From Spirochaetota bacterium (GTDB lineage: Bacteria > Spirochaetota > UBA4802 > UBA5550): a stretch of 64,000 nucleotides of DNA. Below the pieces are notes generated by a model that made no database searches, had not been told where the DNA came from, and saw nothing but the letters and a program-made list of their open reading frames with translations. This document shows positions 18,970 through 29,415 of this stretch, piece after piece (position 1 is the stretch's first letter; each line of letters starts with the position of its first letter). The stretch lies in the NCBI GenBank assembly GCA_963664815.2, contig CAXXHB010000003.1:2016001-2080000 (forward strand), given 5' to 3'. The position numbers were made by a program, and so were the translations under genes.

Positions 18970-19899
18970 TTAAATTTTCTTTCTTTTTTCTGAATTAATC
19001 GTAAGAGCTATCCCGGAAATAACAATCAATCCACCGATAAACTGCAGGTTACTTACAGGTTCATCAAGCAATATAGTCGAGAATATCACACCAAGTACGG
19101 GTACAAGGTTCATCAGTGTAATAGCTGAACTTGAAGATAGGCCTTTCAATCCGTAGGCATAAAGCAGAAATGCAAAGAATGAACAGAAAAGTCCCAGATA
19201 AAGACACGCTGTCAAAGATTCTGACGTGGCAGGAATCCAGCTTTTATTTTCTGTCCATGCAAGCGGGAGAAATAAAACAGCTCCCGCCGCAGTCTGATAA
19301 AATGTTATAACAAATGGAGAGTATTTATTTACAAACCTGCGTGTCATAAAATTATAAAAAGACCAGATAACACCTGCACCTGCAAGAATAATATCACCTA
19401 TTAACCGGTATGCTCCACTGATACTTGAGCTTTCCATTACAATTAAATAAACTCCTGCAACTGCAAGAAGAATCCCCATAAAAGAAATCTTTAAAAACTT
19501 TCTATCATAAATAATCATTTCAAGAAATATAGATATTGCTGGATATGAGGCAATGATCAGCGCTGCATCTGTACTTGTTGATAGCTTAACACCAATGTTT
19601 TCCATTGAGAAATATATTGTTACACCAAGAGAACCACTGAGTATCAATAAAGAAAAATCCTTAAAATCCATACGAACAAATCCACTCTTTGCAAACAGTA
19701 CAGCACCAAGAAGAGACGTAGCAAAGATAAAGCGCAAAGCGCCTAGTGTCAGTGGAGGAAATGTTGTCATTGCTTTTTTCGTTGCAATAAAGGATATACT
19801 CCAGATGATTACTGCAGTTACAACTGCTATCGTATGTTTTTTCCTCCTGAATAAACCCGCCATAATATATTTTATTCTTATAAAAATCGAAATGAACAT
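18970..19899 (-). CDS. DMT/EamA family transporter
   Basis: About 10 TM helices; WSISFIATK, LRF, NLVPV. Confidence 0.85.
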   Translation of the reverse strand: MFISIFIRIKYIMAGLFRRKKHTIAVVTAVIIWSISFIATKKAMTTFPPLTLGALRFIFATSLLGAVLFAKSGFVRMDFKDFSLLILSGSLGVTIYFSMENIGVKLSTSTDAALIIASYPAISIFLEMIIYDRKFLKISFMGILLAVAGVYLIVMESSSISGAYRLIGDIILAGAGVIWSFYNFMTRRFVNKYSPFVITFYQTAAGAVLFLPLAWTENKSWIPATSESLTACLYLGLFCSFFAFLLYAYGLKGLSSSSAITLMNLVPVLGVIFSTILLDEPVSNLQFIGGLIVISGIALTINSEKRKKI

Positions 19900-20004
19900 A
19901 GTTTTCTCCTTATTACATCCTGTTGATGAATATCCAGTTTCAGTAAAATCAGCATCAATAACTGATTTTTTATTTAATCATAATGGTAGCGGTAAAAGCT
20001 GGTT

Positions 20005-20895
20005 TTATACGTTCATCGGATTATCCGGATAATGATCATATGAATACCTAAAGTTCTGATTTTGATGCTTTACCGGGTGTACTGCATTTAAATACTGACG
20101 CGGTGTAATGCCGGTAAATCTTTTAAAACTGTTTGAAAAATGGCTTTGATCACTGAAACCGAGTTCCATCGCGACCTGTACAAGTGGCAGATTCGTTTCA
20201 ATTAATTTTTTAGCTTTGCTTATTCTCAGACTTTCAAGATATGAATGTGGAGGCATCCCTGTTTCATTGCGGAATATTCTCAGCAGGTAATATCTGCTCA
20301 GTCCTGCGTACTCAGACAATTCTGTTAATGTAATCTTTTCTGAAATATTATCATGTATATAATCAGAAACTTTTTTTACTACAGACTTTTCTCTTGCTAT
20401 TTTAAATACTTTCGGTCTTATTTCGGTATAATCAGAAATCAGTTTTGCAAGCACTGACAGAAAATTATATTCACGTTCAATTGGTGAAGTTTCGTTTATA
20501 AGTGAGATATGTAACTCTTTTACTGCTTTAGCAATGCCGGGATCGTCAACTCTCAGCTTTGAAAAAATTGGCATACTATTATCTTTTTCGGTAAGATCTA
20601 ACACAACTTTCTTCATATGTTTTTCTGTAGGATATAGCGCCCTGTACTCAAATCCGTTTTTATCCACAGGTTCACCGGTATGATCATCACCGGGATTAAG
20701 CAAAATAAGGCCACCCGGGGGTGTCAGATGTTTTGTTCTGCGGTGTCTGAAAGACTGCAAGCCGCTTTCTATAAAGCATATAACAAAATATTCGTGCATA
20801 TGGACAGGGAATCCGTCTTTTATACATACAGCCTGATAAAACTCGAGGTCGAGCTGTTCATCATTCCACAATCTGCTCCATTCATACGCTGTCAT
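20005..20895 (-). CDS. AraC family transcriptional regulator
   Basis: Cupin FPVHMHE; HTH LSRYYLLRIF..GMPP; LGFSDQSHF. Confidence 0.92.
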   Translation of the reverse strand: MTAYEWSRLWNDEQLDLEFYQAVCIKDGFPVHMHEYFVICFIESGLQSFRHRRTKHLTPPGGLILLNPGDDHTGEPVDKNGFEYRALYPTEKHMKKVVLDLTEKDNSMPIFSKLRVDDPGIAKAVKELHISLINETSPIEREYNFLSVLAKLISDYTEIRPKVFKIAREKSVVKKVSDYIHDNISEKITLTELSEYAGLSRYYLLRIFRNETGMPPHSYLESLRISKAKKLIETNLPLVQVAMELGFSDQSHFSNSFKRFTGITPRQYLNAVHPVKHQNQNFRYSYDHYPDNPMNV

Positions 20896-21283
20896 ATCTA
20901 TACCTTAAATTAACTTAAAAGCCCTGTAACAGTAATAATTAAAATCATAATGAAAGACATCTCTCATTTATATTACAGCTCATTGTTGTTAAATTATCAG
21001 TTATCTCCAGAATCTGTGTCTTCGTGAACATGTAATACATTTCTATATTTAATATATTTTTTAATTATTACTGAAACATATCATTACTATTGCATGTTAT
21101 TTACAATTAATCTTGTAAAATATTGCTTTATTTGTTATAAAATTTATTTTTAAAGTAGGATTATTTAAATTATGATTTTTTAATACGCGGTTATCAGGTT
21201 GAAGGGTTATAGTCTTATTTAAAAAAAACAGACAGTTAAATATATGAAATAAAATTTATATCCGTTCAATTTTTAAATATCTA

Positions 21284-22030
21284 TTATTCGTATCTCGATA
21301 TAATCTCTCTGGTGAGGGCCATATAGTCATCGGCTCCGTTACTTTCAGGTTTATATTCAAAAATAGTTTTACCCCAGCTTGGAGCCTCCTGAAGCGCAAC
21401 ATTTTCTCTTATAAATGTGTTAAAGAGTTTACCGGGGAGTCTTCTTTCAGTCTCTTCCATAACCTCCCTGTTAATACTTTTTTTGGGATTATACATTGTA
21501 CCTATAATTCCGGTTACTTCAATATTTCTGTTAATTCTCTTTTTTACCATCTGAACAGCTTCAAAGAGATTATACATTCCATGGAATGGAAGAAACTGAG
21601 CCTGAAGCGGTACAAGGATAAATTCACTTATTGCCATCGCATTCAGTGTCAGTACTCCAAGTGACGGCGGGCAGTCCAGAAGGACATAATCGTATCCGGT
21701 AAGCCCCTCCATTGCCTCTTTAAGAAGAAATTCTTTTGCCGGGAGAGGGATGAATTCTATATTACGCATTTCCGGATTAGCAGGGAGTAAATCAATTCCG
21801 CTTCTGTTTATTATAATTTCGGTATAATCTTTCTCACCTTTTAAAACATCATATATGGATACTGCAACCTGGTTGGGGTTTATTCCAAAATGATATGTAG
21901 ACTGGGCCTGATGATCCATATCAATAACCATAACTTTTTTCCCAAGTATCTGCATTGCTGCTGCTACATTGACTGTTGTGGTAGTCTTCCCGACTCCGCC
22001 TTTGTTATTTGATATTGATATAATTTTCAT
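21284..22030 (-). CDS. ParA/Soj family ATPase (orphan)
   Basis: NKGGVGKTT, DMDHQ, DCPPSLG, LQEAPS.G..IFEY. Confidence 0.9.
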   Translation of the reverse strand: MKIISISNNKGGVGKTTTTVNVAAAMQILGKKVMVIDMDHQAQSTYHFGINPNQVAVSIYDVLKGEKDYTEIIINRSGIDLLPANPEMRNIEFIPLPAKEFLLKEAMEGLTGYDYVLLDCPPSLGVLTLNAMAISEFILVPLQAQFLPFHGMYNLFEAVQMVKKRINRNIEVTGIIGTMYNPKKSINREVMEETERRLPGKLFNTFIRENVALQEAPSWGKTIFEYKPESNGADDYMALTREIISRYE

Positions 22031-22059
22031 TTAAGCTCCTGAATTAATATTTTTTTCTG

Positions 22060-22566
22060 TTAAAATTCCTGAAATGATTTTATCATTTCCCAGAATTCAT
22101 CAACTTCCTTTTCATCAACAATTCCAAGTTTCTTGACACGATCAATATCCATCAGGAAAAATGACCCCGTTGCAGAAGAACAGAGTTCTCCTTTACTGTT
22201 AAAAATTTTAGAAGACATTACTGCATCCCTGTCACTTATCTTTTCCAGAACCTCACTCTCTACATGAAGCATGTCACCTACCATAACAGGTTTATGGTAA
22301 GTAACTGTCATAGTTTTGGTGAAGATCATTCTTCGCGTAAGAAATATAGCCCCCCAACTCATGCTTTCATCAAGGAGTGTTGATACAATTCCTCCATGTG
22401 CAAGCCCATTCCATCCGACCATGTATGAAGGCACTGAAACATCGCAGTAAACAAGTTTATCATTACCGTAAAATTTCATTTTTAATCCTTTATCATTAAC
22501 CGGTCCACAGGCAAAACAGTTACTATCGGGCATATTAGGAATTTCAACATAGCTGTTTTCAGACAT
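22060..22566 (-). CDS. PaaI-family thioesterase
   Basis: CFACG..N..GL; GLAHGGIVSTLLDE. Confidence 0.85.
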   Translation of the reverse strand: MSENSYVEIPNMPDSNCFACGPVNDKGLKMKFYGNDKLVYCDVSVPSYMVGWNGLAHGGIVSTLLDESMSWGAIFLTRRMIFTKTMTVTYHKPVMVGDMLHVESEVLEKISDRDAVMSSKIFNSKGELCSSATGSFFLMDIDRVKKLGIVDEKEVDEFWEMIKSFQEF

Positions 22567-23077
22567 AATCTTCCTCCCCTATTAATCGGCTTATCTATCG
22601 ATAAACCTGCAGATCAATAGTGATCATCATAAAAAATATCATATATAGAAAATCAAAATAAACCGGAACTATAATCATGAAGAAAAGGTTTTACATTTTT
22701 TATCTACAAAATTCCAGAAATTTTAGTAAAGAAATGTTACTGGAATCATCGTAGCAGACAAACATTATTATCCTGAAAATAAACATGAAAAAATCCCGGT
22801 AAAATCTATATTTTACAGATTTATTATGTTACAATGAATTGCAAGCAATTAATATCAGACTAAAATCTTTGTTAAACAGCAAAATTAATCAGAGATTAAT
22901 ACTGTTTTATCAATTAAATTTCAACATGATTGTTAATTATTGTGTTTTTTTTATGCAAAACTATTGATTGACAAAAGTTGTATAATTAAGTTGAATCAGT
23001 TAATAATAATTGTATTTTAATTGCCTCAAATTAAGTGCAGAATAGTTTTTTTCATAAAAAATAAAGGAGTCTCATGT

Positions 23078-23410
23078 ATGGGATTTTTAAAAGAATTGGG
23101 CAGATATCTGGTAATATATGGTGAAATCGCATTAAACAAAACTGAAATACTCACACAAATGACAAAACTTAAAATTGAAATAAAAAGACGGGAAATTGAA
23201 ATAGAACAGGTTAAAATTGAAATCGGAGATTATGTAATAAACCAGTTTGAAAAAAACGAAGCTGTAAACAGCGAAGTTATTAAATTTAAAATTGAGAATA
23301 TGAATTCCTTTAAAAATGGGATTGATGATCTGAAAATAAAGCTTGAAATATTAAAAACAAAGTTCTGGGAAAGATCTAATGATATCAAAGAAACCAGTAA
23401 GGCTGTATAA
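23078..23410 (+). CDS. Hypothetical coiled-coil protein
   Basis: AAGGAG RBS; heptad-rich; 2 nt from rnr start. Confidence 0.6.
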   Translation: MGFLKELGRYLVIYGEIALNKTEILTQMTKLKIEIKRREIEIEQVKIEIGDYVINQFEKNEAVNSEVIKFKIENMNSFKNGIDDLKIKLEILKTKFWERSNDIKETSKAV

Positions 23411-23412
23411 AT

Positions 23413-25536
23413 ATGCCGGTTTCTTCAAAAAAAATAATCAGCTTAATAGATGAACTACCTTCACATTTTACAAAGAATGATCTTAACAGGAAACTGATAC
23501 ACGCAACGGAAGAAAACTCCCTTCCGAACAGAAATGTGAGAAGGAAAAAGAAAAAAACTGCAGAAACAGCATCCCGGGATATTTCCAGGATAGAAGAAAC
23601 CCTTAATGCTCTTATATCATCGGGATTCATTCAGAAGGATAAAAAACATCTTATTAAAGCGGCAAAATTTACATTCGAGGGTAAAATAAAAGTAAACAGA
23701 AGCGGAGATTCTTTAATAAAGTACAATGACCTAGACATTGTTATTCATCGTGAAGATACAAATAATGCACAGAATGACGATACTGTTACAATTAAAATTT
23801 ATGATTACAGAAAGGGATTTTTTTCCGGAAGAGTTATAAAAGTAAGCGCCAGGAGCAAAGAATCAAATATTGCCCGTGTTACAGGTAAGAGTGGAAACCT
23901 CATCTTATTCAGGCTGCTTGATGTACAGGGTGACGTCAGTCTATGCGCACAAAAGAGGGGAATTATACCGGAAATTGGTGATTTTGCGACTGTTGCATTA
24001 ATGGATAACAGAATATCCGGCATGACGGAATGTAAAGTGCTGGAATATTTCAGCGAGAGTGACGAAAGCTACGATTTTATACGGATTAAGAACAGGCATT
24101 CCCTGCCTGATGACCATGAATATTTCAAAGAAACACCTGAAAATATTACTGTTCCTGAAAATGAACTTCTCAACAGAAAGGATTATACAAAACTGTTTAC
24201 AATAACAATTGATGGTGATTATGCGAAAGATTTTGACGACGCGATCTCCATCAAAGAGTACAAAAATTCCACTAAAATATATGTGCATATTGCCGATGTT
24301 TCGGCTTATGTCAGTATCGGGACAAGACTCGACCAGGAAGCATTTCTCAGGGGTACAAGTTATTATCTTGGAAACAGAGTAATTCCTATGCTTCCGGAAG
24401 TTCTCTCAAACGATTTATGTTCACTTAAAGAAGGTGTTAAAAGATATACGCTTACAGCTGAAATGAATTTTGACGATAAAGGAAACCTGACAAAACTGGA
24501 AGCGTTCAGGGGAATAATTAAAGTCAACAAAAGACTGACATATAACATAGCCGAACAGATGCTTAATAAAAAACAATGGAACCAGGCATCAATTACACTT
24601 CATAAAATGATGAAATTTGCCAATCTCCTGAACGCAAAAAGGGTTCAGGATGGCAGACTTGACCTGAACCTGACTGATGAAGAAATTGTATATGACGGTA
24701 ACAAAGTAAAAGAGATAAAATTTGCTAAAAGATTAAAAAGCCAGACTCTGATAGAAGAGTTTATGCTGAGTGCAAACGAAGCTGTTTCAAAATCTTTAAA
24801 GGAAAACAGTATCCCCACTCTTTACAGAGTCCATGAAAAGATAAGCGATGAAAATCTTGCTGCTCTTAAAAAATTCCTTCAGGTATTGAATATTAAAATA
24901 AATATTTCTGATGCTCCGGGTAAAGCTATACAGGAGATATTACATAAAGTCTCAGGCAAACCTTATGAACAGGTTGTAAATCTTGTTGTGCTGAAATCAA
25001 TGATGCAGGCGTTTTACGGCGCCGTTCCTCTTGGTCATTTTGGACTGGGTTTTCTTGATTATACACATTTTACATCACCGATAAGACGGTATCCAGACCT
25101 TATAGTTCACAGGTGTCTGAAAAGTCTTATTGATTCAAAACCGGGACCCTATAAAATTGAAGAGCTTATTGCAATAGGTGAGAAATCTTCAACAATGGAA
25201 CGTATAGCCCAGAAAGCTGAAAGAGATATAATCAAAATGAAATCCTGCAGACTTATGAAAAACCGTATTGGAGAGGAGTTTGAGGTTATAATAAGCGGAG
25301 TTACAAAATTCGGAATGTTTGTATCACTTCTCGAAATGCCGATTGAAGGGATGGTTCCTCTCAGGAATATTACGGACGATTATTACATTCTCAAGGAGGA
25401 TGATTTTACTATAATTGGCAGAAAATACAACAGAAGGTACAGACTTGGAGATAAAATAAAGGTACGCCTGATTACAGCAGATATTGAAACTTTAAGAATT
25501 GACTTTGAACTTGTTGTAGCAGGGAAGAAAAAGTAA
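23413..25536 (+). CDS. rnr: Ribonuclease R
   Basis: TIDGDYAKDFDDAIS, HIADVS, IEEFML, YTHFTSPIRRYPDL, C-terminal S1 domain. Confidence 0.9.
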   Translation: MPVSSKKIISLIDELPSHFTKNDLNRKLIHATEENSLPNRNVRRKKKKTAETASRDISRIEETLNALISSGFIQKDKKHLIKAAKFTFEGKIKVNRSGDSLIKYNDLDIVIHREDTNNAQNDDTVTIKIYDYRKGFFSGRVIKVSARSKESNIARVTGKSGNLILFRLLDVQGDVSLCAQKRGIIPEIGDFATVALMDNRISGMTECKVLEYFSESDESYDFIRIKNRHSLPDDHEYFKETPENITVPENELLNRKDYTKLFTITIDGDYAKDFDDAISIKEYKNSTKIYVHIADVSAYVSIGTRLDQEAFLRGTSYYLGNRVIPMLPEVLSNDLCSLKEGVKRYTLTAEMNFDDKGNLTKLEAFRGIIKVNKRLTYNIAEQMLNKKQWNQASITLHKMMKFANLLNAKRVQDGRLDLNLTDEEIVYDGNKVKEIKFAKRLKSQTLIEEFMLSANEAVSKSLKENSIPTLYRVHEKISDENLAALKKFLQVLNIKINISDAPGKAIQEILHKVSGKPYEQVVNLVVLKSMMQAFYGAVPLGHFGLGFLDYTHFTSPIRRYPDLIVHRCLKSLIDSKPGPYKIEELIAIGEKSSTMERIAQKAERDIIKMKSCRLMKNRIGEEFEVIISGVTKFGMFVSLLEMPIEGMVPLRNITDDYYILKEDDFTIIGRKYNRRYRLGDKIKVRLITADIETLRIDFELVVAGKKK

Positions 25537-25704
25537 AATTTCTTTACTGAATATAACTTTACAAAAAAATGTCTTCTTCTGACATCTGTTTATGTGAAAA
25601 TTCGAGTAAGCATGATAGATTAACATGTACATTTTATCGACTAATCCGTCTATCATCAGCATAACACTAATATTCACATAAACTGCAATAATTTGAGGTG
25701 ATAT

Positions 25705-26754
25705 ATGAAAAAAGCAGTAATAATAGGTGCTACCGGATTCGGAGGACTCGGGCTTATTGATATATTGTCAAGGCATCCTGAAATAAAAGTGACTGAACTT
25801 TCCTCTATTGATCATGGAAAAAAAATATCAGAAATGTATCCTCATCTTCATGGTATCTGCGATCTTGATGTTAAATCATCCGATAATATTATTGCCGATG
25901 ATGCAGACATAGTTTTTCTGGCTACGCCCGACCAGGTAGGAATGAATCTTGCCAAAAATTTTTATAACAGGAAAATTCCTGTAATAGACTTCAGCGGCGA
26001 TTTCAGGTTCCATTCCCTTGAAGATTATAAAACATATGCTTTGAATAAAGGCATGTCGGATACGCATAGTTCTCCCCAGCTTTTACCGGAATCTGTTTAT
26101 GGACTTCCTGAAAAAAATTTCAATAAAATTAAAACCGCTCCAATTATAGGTAATCCGGGTTGTTTTGCAATGGCAATGATTCTTGCACTGCTGCCCGCTG
26201 TTGAAAATGGTTTTTTAAATAATACAATTATATGCGATGGTAAAACCGGCGTATCAGGTGCCGGAATCAATCCTGGAAGAGCCAATTCGTACCCCCTTAG
26301 ATATGAAAATTCAAATACATACCGGGAAGGTAAACATCAGCATCTTGTTGAGGTTGAAAATGTACTGAATCAATGGAATGGAAATCCGCATGAAAAACAG
26401 AGTATCTTTTTTGTTCCACAGATTATACCTATGAACAGGGGTATACTTATGACAATTTATGCTGATATAGATTCAAAATATAGCACTAAATTTTTAAATA
26501 ATCTCTATAAAGAGTACTATCAGAATTCTCCTTTTATACATATTACAGAAACATCTCCCAATACATCGGAAGTTCGCGGTACAAACAGATGCAATATTAA
26601 AATTTTAAAAGATGAAAGAACGGGTAAACTCCTTATAATATCAGTGATTGATAATCTAATTAAAGGACAATCGGGCAATGCTGTTCAAAATGCCAATATA
26701 AGGCTTGGATTAGAGCAGATTGCCGGGCTTGATCTTAACCCGATTTATCCTTAA
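25705..26754 (+). CDS. argC: N-acetyl-gamma-glutamyl-phosphate reductase
   Basis: GATGFGG, DFSGDFR, YGLPE, NPGCF, IDNLIKGQSGNAVQN. Confidence 0.93.
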   Translation: MKKAVIIGATGFGGLGLIDILSRHPEIKVTELSSIDHGKKISEMYPHLHGICDLDVKSSDNIIADDADIVFLATPDQVGMNLAKNFYNRKIPVIDFSGDFRFHSLEDYKTYALNKGMSDTHSSPQLLPESVYGLPEKNFNKIKTAPIIGNPGCFAMAMILALLPAVENGFLNNTIICDGKTGVSGAGINPGRANSYPLRYENSNTYREGKHQHLVEVENVLNQWNGNPHEKQSIFFVPQIIPMNRGILMTIYADIDSKYSTKFLNNLYKEYYQNSPFIHITETSPNTSEVRGTNRCNIKILKDERTGKLLIISVIDNLIKGQSGNAVQNANIRLGLEQIAGLDLNPIYP

Positions 26755-26895
26755 ATTATGTTGACAATATTACTAAGAACTATATCTATTCTAAATATTA
26801 TTATTTATCTATATTATATAGATATTCAACAGTAAATTTAGATAAATTAGTGGTTATCATGCTCTAAATTATATCAATATCGAGTCAGAAATTAT

Positions 26896-28641
26896 ATGTC
26901 AAAAAGAATAAAAAAAGGGATTATCGCTTCACCAGGTGTAAGGATCGGGAAAGCTCTTGTTTTTCATGGCGATGAAGTTAAAATCCCCAAATATCATATA
27001 GACGAAACAAGGCTTAATGACGAGATAGAAAGATTTGAAGAAGCTGTTATAAAAACAAAAAATGAAATTCTGGAAATACAGAAAAAAATATCAAATGACA
27101 GTTTCAGTGATCTTGCAGAGATATTTTCTACACACCTCATGGCACTTGAGGATCCTATTTTTATTGAACGAGCCAGAAAAAAAATAAAATCTGAAAGACG
27201 AAACAGCGAATGGGTAATTAATGATATATCAATAGATTTAATTACAACGTTGAGTAAAATTGACGACGAATATCTTAAAGAAAGAATTATTGATATCTCC
27301 GATATCAATAAACGACTGATCGGTAATCTTCAGAAAAAGAAAAAAATGAGTCTTTCTGATATAAATGAAAACTCAATAATTTTCGCTGCTGATCTGACAC
27401 CTTCCGAAACAGCACTTTTAAACAGACAGTTTGTACTTGCATTCGTAACAGATAGAGGTGGTAAAACATCACATACAGCAATTATGGCACGATCAATGGA
27501 TATTCCGGCGATTGTCGGCATGGACGACATTACATCCTATGTAAAAACTGGTGATATCGTCATTGTTGATGCTGTACATTGCGAGATATTCATAAATCCT
27601 TCAAGTGATGAAATAGATGAATATCTAAGATTTCAGAAAGATATAAACGAAGTTGAAAATGAACTTGCTAAACTGACAAATCTACCTTCAACGACAATAG
27701 ATAATACTGAAATATTCATTTTCGGAAATATTGAAATTCCTGATGAAATGAATGTTATTAAATCACATGGTGCACATGGAATCGGTCTATACAGATCAGA
27801 ATTTTTATTCCTTGATAAAGAACTCCCCGATGAGGAAGTACAGCTCTGCCAGTATAAAAAGGTCATAGATTTTTTTAATCCTTTCCCCGTTACAATCAGG
27901 ACTCTCGACTACGGTGGGGATAAAATTCTTGATTTCAATAAAACCCATAAGGAAATGAACCCGTTTCTCGGCTGCCGTTCTATCAGATTCAGCCTGAAAA
28001 ATCAGGGAATATTCAGGACGCAGCTCCGGGCAATTCTCAGAGCAAGTGCTTATGGAAATGTAAAAATAATGTTTCCAATGATATCAACACTGGATGAACT
28101 TCTGCAGGCTAAAGAGATAACCTTCGATATGATGAAGGAACTTGACGCATCAGGCATTCCATATGATAAGAATATAGAAATCGGAATAATGGTAGAGGTA
28201 CCGTCTGCTGTAATAGCAGGTGATATCTTTGCAGAAAATATTGATTTTTTCTCTGTAGGTACCAATGATCTTGTTCAGTATATTCTTGCAGTAGACAGGG
28301 TCAATGAAAAAGTAGCAGATCTTTACAATCCTCTCGATATTTCGGTCTTAAGATTTCTCAGAACAATTTCAGATATTGCATCCTCTCACTCAAAACCTAT
28401 TTCTATCTGCGGAGAAATCGCCGGCGAACCCAAGTTTACAATGATGCTTCTCGGTCTTGGATTCAGGCAATTATCAATGAGTTCGAAATACATGTATCAG
28501 GTAAAACGTATAATAAGATCTGTAACAATTGAAGAATGCGAATCACTTTCAAGATCGCTTCTACAGATGAAAAGAACTGACGATATAGAACGTGCCGTAG
28601 TCGAAAACATGAATCAGAAATTCCCCGGTATTGTTTTTTGA
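26896..28641 (+). CDS. ptsP: PTS enzyme I (PEP-protein phosphotransferase)
   Basis: GGKTSHTAI (phospho-His), GLYRSE, IRTLDYGGDK, GTNDL, CGE. Confidence 0.95.
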   Translation: MSKRIKKGIIASPGVRIGKALVFHGDEVKIPKYHIDETRLNDEIERFEEAVIKTKNEILEIQKKISNDSFSDLAEIFSTHLMALEDPIFIERARKKIKSERRNSEWVINDISIDLITTLSKIDDEYLKERIIDISDINKRLIGNLQKKKKMSLSDINENSIIFAADLTPSETALLNRQFVLAFVTDRGGKTSHTAIMARSMDIPAIVGMDDITSYVKTGDIVIVDAVHCEIFINPSSDEIDEYLRFQKDINEVENELAKLTNLPSTTIDNTEIFIFGNIEIPDEMNVIKSHGAHGIGLYRSEFLFLDKELPDEEVQLCQYKKVIDFFNPFPVTIRTLDYGGDKILDFNKTHKEMNPFLGCRSIRFSLKNQGIFRTQLRAILRASAYGNVKIMFPMISTLDELLQAKEITFDMMKELDASGIPYDKNIEIGIMVEVPSAVIAGDIFAENIDFFSVGTNDLVQYILAVDRVNEKVADLYNPLDISVLRFLRTISDIASSHSKPISICGEIAGEPKFTMMLLGLGFRQLSMSSKYMYQVKRIIRSVTIEECESLSRSLLQMKRTDDIERAVVENMNQKFPGIVF

Positions 28642-29396
28642 TGAAATTATACAGTGAGCTTGCTGAATACTATTTTTCAATAGAATCAAATCACAGAGAA
28701 ATACAGAATGATGTTCTTCTTGTAAGATCATATCTCAGTGGACTAGAACAACCTTCAATTCTTGATCTTGGATGCGGAACAGGTGAACATTTAAATGCAT
28801 TGAAAAAATTCGGTGTAAGAGGAGTTGGAATCGATATCAGCCCTCAAATGCTTGATATAGCAAAAAAAAGATACCCTTCAGGGATAGATTTCGTAAACAG
28901 GAATTTCAAGAATTTTGATTTTTATAATGAATTTGATGCGGTGATATCCCTTTTCGGATCCATGGTATACCTTATCAATGATAAAGAAGTTGATAATTTT
29001 TTCTGGAACACATGGAGGGCTTTAAAACCGGGAGGAATAGGTATATTTGAATTATGGCATTCAATACCGGTATGCAAAATAAAGAACAAACCACTTTCTC
29101 ATGTCTCACATACAAAGTATAAAGATGTTATTATAGAACGTGAAAGAGGATTTAATATTGTTGAAGAAACCAAGCGTACTGTTGTAAAAGTAGATTACAT
29201 ATATAAAGTAATCACTCCAACTTCATCGCAGCTATATAACGATACACATATAATGAGAGCCTTCACTCTTGATGAAATTTCGACTTTTATCAAATCAAAC
29301 GGTTTTATGATAAAAAACGTATTCGCTAACTCTCTAAAGGAAAAATTTAACGATAACTCAAACAAAATGCTTATTGTATTTCAGAAGGAAGCCTGA
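28641..29396 (+). CDS. Class I SAM-dependent methyltransferase
   Basis: ILDLGCGTG; start overlaps ptsP stop (TGATG). Confidence 0.85.
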   Translation: MKLYSELAEYYFSIESNHREIQNDVLLVRSYLSGLEQPSILDLGCGTGEHLNALKKFGVRGVGIDISPQMLDIAKKRYPSGIDFVNRNFKNFDFYNEFDAVISLFGSMVYLINDKEVDNFFWNTWRALKPGGIGIFELWHSIPVCKIKNKPLSHVSHTKYKDVIIERERGFNIVEETKRTVVKVDYIYKVITPTSSQLYNDTHIMRAFTLDEISTFIKSNGFMIKNVFANSLKEKFNDNSNKMLIVFQKEA

Positions 29397-29415
29397 CAGG
29401 CCGATAAAAAACCTG

